This document shows positions 55,201 through 64,000 of a stretch of 64,000 nucleotides of DNA, in pieces; within the stretch, counting starts at the first letter, position 1; each line of letters begins with the position of its first letter. The DNA comes from Phoronis australis. Taxonomy: Eukaryota; Animalia; Phoronida. The DNA lies in assembly GCA_002633005.1 (NCBI GenBank), contig NMRA01000223.1:342237-406236 (forward strand), given 5' to 3'. Under the pieces are notes generated by a model. The model did not search any database. It worked only from the letters and a program-made list of their open reading frames with translations, and was not told the origin of the DNA. A program made the translations under genes and the position numbers.

Positions 55201-56621
55201 TTACGATGAAGGCCTGGTTCAATAAAGGACAATATTTATCATTCAGAAACATCAGCTCTTAATTCAGAATCGTCTGTTGGATGACTGGGTTGACTCACCG
55301 AGCCCGAGGCCGCTTCTCTCGCGGGAGGATCCAGTTCATAAGGCTCAAAGTAGAAAAGTACGCAGCCGGAAGCACATTAAACTTGTTCTCGCTTTCGTGC
55401 AACCCCATTTCCTCATCCTGGCCACCATCCCCATACGTTTCTTCATAGTATTCATTCAATTCTTGCTCTTAATCGTCGTCACTTTCAAATTCCCTGGTCT
55501 CCGCCATTGTTCAATGCTAGTCACTGAACTTGTGTTCAACCCATGACGTCACATGGCGGGAAATGTGAAAATTGACAAAATTGAAAGAAAAATCAAAATT
55601 TTGAGTTAATTACACAAAATAAACATGGGTTTAGCTAAATTTTACGTCATACATTTAGTCTGTGGCCACCGGTAATTCAAAATGTGCAAAAATCCATGGT
55701 GTGTACTGTTTAATAAGGAGCTTTACAGGGGTTCCAAATTTTATTTGAGAAAACTCGATTGCCAAAAAAGCAATTTTTGGTGTTTGAAACTAACACTTTA
55801 GATTTCTAACAATTTAGACAGTTTTCAACGTAAGCAGTCAAAACTTCCACTATTCTATCAGTAAATGATTGTTCTTCATTGTGATAGCCAATTTTTTAGC
55901 AGAATTATTTTGGATTATGGAAAATATTTGAATAATTAAATGAATGTGCAATACTTTTTTGAGTAGCATATTTTAAAAAACTTAATTGTACATTCAGGGT
56001 AGAAAGCAGAATTTTTCAGGGAATATTTTGATATAAATATTATTCAAAAAAATTCAGTAACGCCCATTTAGCAGCTGAAAGTTTGACCCCGGGCCTACTT
56101 ATAGTAGGGCCAACGAAAAAGTCACAACAATTTTCTGGTGAGTAAAAAGTGTGTTAAGTGTTCGCATGACTTCATTTTTTAAAAATATCCATTAATTATG
56201 CCCCCCCCCCATTCGCTGTAATGGTTATCAATAGAAAGAAGAAAGAATATTTTGCTGGCGTACTTTTCATCACATGCTAATAGATATGAGCTTGTGAAAA
56301 CCACGAAAAATGGCAACATTTCGCTCTTGCTGAATTTTGGCCATATTGGTTTGCTCACCCCTAACTCTGGATAGCCAGCTAGCTAGCTGTATGAAGACTA
56401 TCGTCAAAACATATTTAGTTTAATACAGCTTAGCACCAAGGCTAAACTCTTCCTCTGGCTCTGGTCTGGAGCAGTGGAGTGCCATGTCATGCGAGTGCAC
56501 GAAATGTTTGGTCATGTCAATGATCAAATTGAACAGCTGCTTTAAACACTATCAATCAAGAGTGAAGTATTTACATTTTGCTTTTATAGTCTCCATTCTC
56601 CAAAACAACTTGATCGCCCAT
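49210..56621 (-). CDS. DCTD: dCMP deaminase (deoxycytidylate deaminase), 6 exons, about 194 aa
   Basis: Exons 56621-56575 (candidate), 53398-53296, 52128-51993, 51169-51045, 50341-50253, 49294-49210. Motifs [40 protein letters not shown] (Zn-binding HAE/PCxxC). Confidence 0.93.
50253..50341 (-). CDS. DCTD: DCTD exon 5
   Basis: [29 protein letters not shown]. Confidence 0.92.
51045..51169 (-). CDS. DCTD: DCTD exon 4 (catalytic HAE / PCxxC)
   Basis: [41 protein letters not shown]. Confidence 0.95.
51993..52128 (-). CDS. DCTD: DCTD exon 3
   Basis: [45 protein letters not shown]. Confidence 0.95.
53296..53398 (-). CDS. DCTD: DCTD exon 2
   Basis: [34 protein letters not shown]. Confidence 0.93.
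53640..54606 (-). mobile_element. Degenerate Tc1/mariner transposase remnant (in DCTD intron 1 if the candidate exon 1 is right)
   Basis: Fragments [10 protein letters not shown] (HTH), QQWNSVLF and YMDDNARIH...[13 protein letters not shown] (Tc1 DDE motifs), with frameshifts and stops; ends approximate. Confidence 0.85.
54607..54854. other. Assembly gap (N run)
   Basis: Run of N. Confidence 0.99.
54975..55190 (+). mobile_element. THAP zinc-finger remnant of a DNA transposon (Kolobok/P-like)
   Basis: [10 protein letters not shown]...W...[11 protein letters not shown] is the THAP C2CH signature; degraded. Confidence 0.7.
56575..56621 (-). CDS. DCTD: DCTD candidate exon 1
   Basis: [15 protein letters not shown] followed by AT|GTAAAT; phase 2 matches exon 2; next to a CpG-rich promoter-like tract. 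Confidence 0.5.
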
Positions 56622-56659
56622 AGTCGCGAAATAAAACACAACTCAAAATCTTCTTTCCC

Positions 56660-56725
56660 AAACTATCAAATGGCGGATGTCGATATTTGTCGCGGGAGTC
56701 CCCTCGCGCGTAATTACGTCATTAA
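56660..56725. promoter_or_regulatory. CpG-rich promoter-like region upstream of DCTD
   Basis: AAATGGCGG (YY1-like), TCGCGCG and TTACGTCA (CRE-like) just upstream of the candidate ATG. Confidence 0.4.
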
Positions 56726-59039
56726 CTCCAAGCATGACACCTACCGTCGAATAAGACATGAAGAGATTTTCCGATTCGGCATGACTCACCTATGTTGTAG
56801 AGAAATTGTAGTAAAACTGACCTGTTAGCGATGAGGGAGTCAGAAAATGGCAATAAAACATATGGAAATTTTCAGATATACATCTATACAGTAACGGGGA
56901 ATTGTTAGTTGTCGTCTTGTTTTTTTTTCTAGAGTCAAGATCCGTAATCACCCACCAAACCCGGCGTTCACACCTTGAATAATACGCTTCCAAGGAAGTC
57001 AAGCATGTCTAAAGATATGCGGCAATTTTCACCGCTCGTCCTTCTGGGCGGCTTGTACTAGGATCAAAGACAAAGAGAGTGCGGCGCCGGAATCAGGTAC
57101 AGTTATGATGACCGCATTGCCCGATGCGAGCAAGAACCACTGAATTAAATGCAATTATCCGACCATAAACTGCATTAAACATCTCTGACTTTACATAATG
57201 GCTAATTTTCAAAATGCATTTAACTTTTGTTACAAACGAACACCACGGCGGTATTCAGCTGGAAAAAAAACAACCAAGTACGGTTTTGGATTTTTAAAAA
57301 TCAATGAACTAATAATCTAAAAACTATAATCATTGGGTGCGATTGAAGATAAACTACCGCGCGTACTGATATACTCTGATCAGAGTTAACAATATCACAT
57401 GGATTCATTTTTTAATATTCTTTCAATCTCGTTTATCCAGATGTTTGACCAGGAAACAGTTGTTGTGCCCACTCATTTTTATTACTGACAAAGAGCTAGA
57501 ATAGTTATATAGTCAGTGCCACCGAAATTGTCCAGAGATTCCAAATATTCAGTTTGGTTGTCTCCATATTTGCACTTTTACATATATTTTGTGATTTGAG
57601 TTCTAATAAAGATTAAACTTTAATGACACGTGAAATGTTTAGTGTACCAGTAATGTGGTAAGTTTAGGGATGGGCTCACAATGAACTTAACTAATTAAGT
57701 TTAGATGGCAATCAAAATCTACCACTGTTTTAGTGCTTCAACTTCAAAACTTAGATAAAAAATTATCAACCAGTTCCCGGTAAGAAAAAAAAGTGGGCAG
57801 AAGCATTAAAATTAAATAAAGAACATCAATATGAAACTTATCGTTCCTTTGAGAAGTGGCCCTTTGTGAAGATAAACACAAGTTAACTTTTTTAGTCATT
57901 TTGTAATATTTATAATGTACCAAGTTACATATACTCTCCAGAGTTGCAGGCTACAACTCTGCAAATGTCAGAGAAAACCGAAATGGGGGTACTAAAAACA
58001 ACTATTGTTGAGAAAGTAATGCCAGCAATTACCTTTCCACTTCATTAGTTCAGATCTACGTCAATACAAAGGGCGTGCTGAATAGGCATCGTAAAAGTTG
58101 TCTGGGGCTTAGGGAATCAGAGCGGTCACCAGTGCAAGCCGGCGCGAAATTCTCCACCGGCTATCCGTGAACCTCGAAGATCATGGTCACACAGACGCAA
58201 TGATGCACTTTCAGGAAACATTTAACAATGCAACTATCCCTCATGTTCAGATGTAAGATGTTTCGTTATTTATCTAGTGTTTTTCTTAGTTTTTGTCAAT
58301 CATCCTCAAAACGGCTAGAAATTTCACTGAGCAGTACGGAAGTGTCCAAGGCGGCAGCCCGGGTCTTTGTGTTTTGTCTCAGGAGGGACTCGTAGGCCTG
58401 TGGATTGTGCAAAATCAATTTACAAGATGTACCACATATTTTTGCTTGGCCCGGCATCGAGTGCAGTACGTACATGAGCGAAGGAGTATGGATTGAGTTG
58501 GCCTTATAGCCTCCATGAATTCACAGTCCGACTCGTTTCAGGTGTCTGACGACAGGCCAGCCGACATTTGAATATCATGACATATATGGAGTTGTTACTG
58601 GCTTGAAATTCACGGTAAGTGGGTTTAAATCTATTTCTTGATGTAAGCATTCAGCGCCGCTGAGAATAAAATTACTACGCGCAGGGGTGCCGAAATCACC
58701 ATCTATCATGACACGCTAGTATGAAAACACTGTGAACAATATCAGTAGCCTGGCAGCTTTTGGAAACACTATACTAGACTATACTAGCTTTTAACTAACC
58801 GGGGCTTCAAAATACACTGTTTAATTCAATAAAAGCACTTACAATATTTAAAAGTTTCTGTACCGCCACCGCTGATCAGCCAGCTGTTTGATGATCAATT
58901 TAAAAAGTATACGTAATATAATCAACGTCAAGCCGTAGCTCAATAAAGGAATTATCAATCGAACTTTTTATGTTCTATATATAAGTATTCAAAGTGTACT
59001 TTGTGACGATGCAATCAAATCCGATTTGACGCCTTGTTG

Positions 59040-60704
59040 TTGGAAAGGTTTTTTTCAAAAAAATTATAACACATACACCAGATGTAGGTTCTAAATATCC
59101 AGTTATGAAATCCCAACACTAAGGGTACATTACATAGATGTGACACTCGTTAAAAAGCAAGATCATACAAAATAATGAGAATGAAGAGACAGCTGTTTCT
59201 AGGATGTGTCGAGGCTTTCTCGCATACAGTGCCAAAATGAACACCGCTGAAGTAACTCGGGCCTGGCTGGAATGCTAACTATCGGATGGAATTCAGTTTC
59301 TGCAGTGACGGATCAAAGAGGGGGATCAACATGCTGCCTCGGGGAATCGGTCGAAGCGCGATTGTATGCACAGACGGGTCCTAGGATGTGACATTTCGAT
59401 CCTCTTCGCAAAACCTGTCGGTGGACTAAAAAATAAAAAAACGAAACACGATTCTCCCGCAATCTGGGTTGTCTTGAGTCCCCCTCATCCTCTAACGCTC
59501 TTACTTATTGGCCTCAATATTTCCTCACGCTACGCATTGTTGCTGTTTCATTTTGCTTGTTGCAGCCATGCACTGGGGGACCCCCCCTAAATCCGCCTGT
59601 GTTGTGAATGAGTCGATTGTTGCCACATGCCAGTGTCTTGGAACACATCACAGTTCTATATGTATAACGCAAGAATAAATAAGAGAAAGAGTATACAAAC
59701 TGTTTACATTTATTAGTACATAGATATCTCAATATCGTATAACACACAGTCTAGGCCAAACCAAACCCAATGGACCGGCCCATGACAATAACAAGAAGCC
59801 AAAACATTCTGCTAAAACACCACAGAGTCCAGCGATAAATTGAATATTTAAACGGAAATGGAAAGGGCCTTTTGGTAACATAAACATAACATAAATTGAA
59901 ATAGCATTGGCTTCAACATTCAGTTGGGAATAGAAAATAACACATACGGTTGAATTAAAACCCAAAATTGAACAGTATCACATCGTAATTAAGTTTCTAT
60001 AATAAAACTGAAAAAGCATGTATTTTTGAATCAATCAATCAGTTTATTTCTGTAATAAAGGCCAAAGGTCCACTGTACAAAAGACCAACATGTAACATAC
60101 TTAAGAGTGCAGCAAGCTATCAAGAAGACAAAAAGCATTTAATTTATTACATAAATGTTTTCATAAGTTAACTAATTTAGCAACATCACTTGATGAGATT
60201 AATCTATTGAACTTGAAAAAGACGGAAAATTCCAGTAGTACACTTTAATTTTCTTTCAGTTCAGAATATTATCACAACTTAGAAGGAAATGATACTCGGC
60301 ACCACCAAATTGTGACAGAAGGCAGACGCTATTGAATTGCCCTATCCAAATTCAAGAGCCTGCGTACTTCAATCATGAGACTGTGACTAGAACAACGAAA
60401 ACGTGCCTTGGACGTAATTTGTGCATGGGGTACACTCAAACTTAAAAAAAATTTCCAATTTGAATTCCTTTTTAAATTGATTATAAAACACAATTTAAGA
60501 TTACTCTAAACACTTTGTCTCCACCCTTGAAAATAACAATCCGTTATTCGCTGTCTAAAAATTAACAGAAACAGTATTTTCACACGCAATGCCTTCATTT
60601 AACCAAACTTCTTGGAATCCATAATTTGACAATAAAAGTCTAACTAATGTGACATTTCATAGATATTCAACCGATTCAAAGCTGCATTTTGCTCAGTTTA
60701 GCTG
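59040..60704 (-). mobile_element. Non-LTR retrotransposon fragment (diverged third copy, interrupted by a MITE)
   Basis: Colinear with 41562-42896 apart from the 59303-59601 insertion. Confidence 0.7.
59303..59601. mobile_element. MITE with 5-bp TSD nested in a LINE fragment
   Basis: CAGTGACGGATC ... ATCCGCCTGTG; flanks TTCTG/TTGTG; empty site visible in the other two copies. Confidence 0.75.
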
Positions 60705-63312
60705 TAATAAACATTCTTTTAACCTAACATTTGTATGGAAGGAAACTGTGACCAATGGTGCTCACTTAATAGTTAAATTTCATGCTATTTATAAAACATG
60801 GGGGTACGTGCACTACAAAAATGGGTACGTACACCGCATCACTGCTTCTGCATCACATGGTAACATAATGTAGAGTGGCCATTTATTTTTCTTTGATGAC
60901 ACAGGGCCGTAGGATGCGTGGGGGGCACGCCCCCCCAAAAAAAAAATTTTCATGCGTCAGAGTTAAATTGTGACAAACGACATTGACGTGGGGCCAGGGA
61001 CAGCCGAGAAACGAAAGATTGTAAAAAAATTCAAGAGAATATTTAACAACTTTTGATCAGTGCATGGTTTACCTTTTGAGGAGCCTGGCCAGGACATTGT
61101 TGTTAGGGTCTCTGTTTTTGCAGCACAGGTCGTCTAAACGCACTTGAAAACGTGCACGTAATCATTCATACATATATTTTGAAAAATCGAGAAAATTTGT
61201 AAGCGAAGTTTTCGCGGAGGGTACTAATTTTATGGATTTTTAAATTCGATTAGTGAATTTTGCGATTATATTTTCCATTGGCACCTCTGTGGCAAAAGGT
61301 AATGGAAACAACTTCAGCTTTATTCTTTCTCTCGAAACTGAAAATCACTTGAGAAAAATTGATAACCTGACAGATAGCATCAATTGCTGCGGATTTCCTG
61401 AGTTTTGAAAAAATAGATATTCTCATATTTAGAGGCCCGCCCTTGAAGGAGGCCATGTCGATGACATTCAAGTGGCCACCCTTTTTGTGTTTTTATTGAC
61501 AAATGCTCAAGGGACCGCTCAAGGAGAGAGGGACCAATGCTGGAATCGATTACCTCTATTTTTGCTGTTTTTTTGTGAAGTTGTGCAACGACTTTCCCGG
61601 TGAAGGTCACTCCCTTTACTTTTTTGTGACCACACGACGGTCACGTTTTTCCAAGCTTAATCATGTTTAGCCTTTCATCTTACGGTGTCCCATTTCAGAC
61701 GGGACCCTCGCTTGGGAGAGGAGTTCGGGACAAATGTCCCTTTGTTCCTCTATACACGTAAACCCAACACTGCCAATTATTCACAAGAGAAGTAAAGATT
61801 CCAAATTCATCAAAAAGCAGAAAACACTTGTGCTCAGCACAGCAGTATCAAGACGTTCGACACAAACATCCAAAAATGTGAAAAAATACAGTAGGATTTT
61901 GACCGCCATCGAAAGAGCGGTATTTTGAAGAAAGGGGAAGACCACTATTTGTGAGCTATACAAAAGGACCATTTCCGATGACAAGATATAAAATAAGTCA
62001 CTGTTTCCCATGGTTTCACAAGTTTTAACTTTTAAAAATGTATCTCTTTTGAAGATGGTTACCATGATTTGCTTGTAAGGAATTTTCAATGTGCAAAACA
62101 CTGTTGTCTAAGCAACTATTTGTGATGACCGAGTACATGTCGAAAGGGGGTACTCAAAGAACTCTCGCAATCACAATAATTTCAGAGTTTTTTGTCAGTG
62201 GAGTTCAAATTTACGTCATGAACCGATACAGGTACCTCTGGAATGAGCAAAAATACACCTCACTACGAATGCCCCATCTCCCATTGATCTCCCGCTCACC
62301 CGTCAAAAATCTGAGAGCACACGACAGCGTTTCCCCAATCAGTAACTTAACTAGACGTAGGGGGTGCTGAGCGGGTGATAATAACACCTAGCTTCTTTGT
62401 TAACTGCCAAGCACAATCTTTTGTCTGTTATGAAAACAGGCAGGCCAATTATCTACCAGGGTTATTATAGACCACATGCGAACGAAGTCAAACCCAGAGT
62501 GAATTGGTGTATTCGGAAAGAATAGATTGTCGTAACTTCGGTTGCAGTTGGTCGATTTTGGCGATTCAAAAACTAAACTTGATCACCATTTGACGAAGAT
62601 TTCAGAAATGCTATTGGTTTATGTTCCAATATGTTTAAACTTAACTTTTATTTTTAACAACACAGCCCACTCAGGGTAGATAGGATCTTATTAGAGATTG
62701 GAGCAATTATCGAACAAAAGAGCTGCTGGTCCTCCAACGTAAATGCCAGAATAGAGGTAACCAGTCGTGTAAGATACTGGCTACACGGGTAAACTTCCCA
62801 ACTTGTTGTTGGGCTATAGAGTCGAACAAGTTAAGGAGCAACGGGAAAACGCCGTAATGTGCCTGCGGAAATTGCTTATAAATATTCCGTTTTGATAAAC
62901 ACATCATGCGCGCACCAAGCCTAAAATATAAGGGGGCTCGAATTTTTCGTTATGTGAACCTTTTACGGAAAGAAATCAACGAGGACTAAAACACTCACTA
63001 ACCGTAGATCGAACTAAAGTTATAAATGTCTGTACATGTAAATATATAAAATCAAACTCATTGCTTGGAAATATTGTCTTTGTACTTCCTTGGTGTTTTT
63101 AGTTTCCAGTAGTATTGCCAAGTTGTTTGCTTGCCTCAGTGATTCCCGTGCACGTCGTAACTGACGCACCCACGTTAAAAATAAGATGTAACCATGTAGT
63201 CGGTCAGAGCAGAATCTCAGTGATCCACGGGAACTGAACTCCAAGCGTTGAAGTAGGTACATTTTTGGGAAACACTGTATCATTCTCAACAACCACTGGA
63301 AACTGGACTGGC

Positions 63313-63985
63313 CAGTGGCGGATCTAGGATATCATAAGGGGGGGGGGCAACATTTTGTCCGGCTGGAAGCATTTGCACAAACTGAACCACGATTGTAGAT
63401 GCGCATAGCACCGAATGGGGGGAGGTAGGGAGGGGGGTTTGCCCCCCTNNNNNNNNNNNNNNNNNNNNNNNNNNNNNNNNNNNNNNNNNNNNNNNNNNNN
63501 NNNNNNNNNNNNNNNNNNNNNNNNNNNNNNNNNNNNNNNNNNNNNNNNNNNNNNNNNNNNNNNNNNNNNNNNNNNNNNNNNNNNNNNNNNNNNNNNNNNN
63601 NNNNNNNNNNNNNNNNNNNNNNNNNNNNNNNNNNNNNNNNNNNNNNNNNNNNNNNNNNNNNNNNNNNNNNNNNNNNNNNNNNNNNNNNNNNNNNNNNNNN
63701 NNNNNNNNNNNNNNNNNNNNNNNNNNNNNNNNNNNNNNNNNNNNNNNNNNNNNNNNNNNNNNNNNNNNNNNNNNNNNNNNNNNNNNNNNNNNNNNNNNNN
63801 NNNNNNNNNNNNNNNNNNNNNNNNNNNNNNNNNNNNNNNNNNNNNNNNNNNNNNNNNNNNNNNNNNNNNNNNNNNNNNNNNNNNNNNNNNNNNNNNNNNN
63901 NNNNNNNNNNNNNNNNNNNNNNNNNNNNNNNNNNNNNNNNNNNNNNNNNNNNNNNNNNNNNNNCCCCCCCCTAAATCCGCCTATG
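63313..63985. mobile_element. MITE with 5-bp TSD spanning an assembly gap
   Basis: CAGTGGCGGATCTAGG ... CCTAAATCCGCCTATG with exact CTGGC flanks. Confidence 0.65.
63449..63963. other. Assembly gap (N run)
   Basis: Run of N between poly-C tracts. Confidence 0.99.
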
Positions 63986-64000
63986 CTGGCGGTCGCGTTT

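Noticed and set aside
60902-63300. Short ORFs and a hAT-like CAGGGCCGTAG end
   Set aside because: No recognisable domain or matching second terminus; cannot support a call

Overview
AT-rich, intron-rich animal genomic DNA, most likely from a bilaterian invertebrate, in a draft and apparently heterozygous assembly. Three minus-strand protein-coding genes are present. (1) The first coding exon of a MORN-repeat protein lies at the left edge. (2) A complete 21-exon KIBRA/WWC Hippo-pathway scaffold gene spans 5129-41051 (about 1231 aa); I reconstructed it by hand with consistent GT-AG phases. (3) A dCMP deaminase (DCTD) gene has 5 firm exons plus a candidate first exon. Two near-identical tandem duplications start exactly at single-N contig joins and are probably uncollapsed haplotypes. 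Introns and intergenic DNA carry a Tc1 remnant, a THAP/Kolobok-like remnant, non-LTR retrotransposon fragments, TTAA-flanked MITEs with a tRNA-like core, MITEs with 5-bp TSDs, a Helentron/HINE-like array and a dispersed hairpin family. I found no convincing new multi-gene system. The best leads are a candidate alternative KIBRA first exon that would drop WW1, a KIBRA C-terminus lacking the usual PDZ-binding motif, and the tRNA-containing MITE family.
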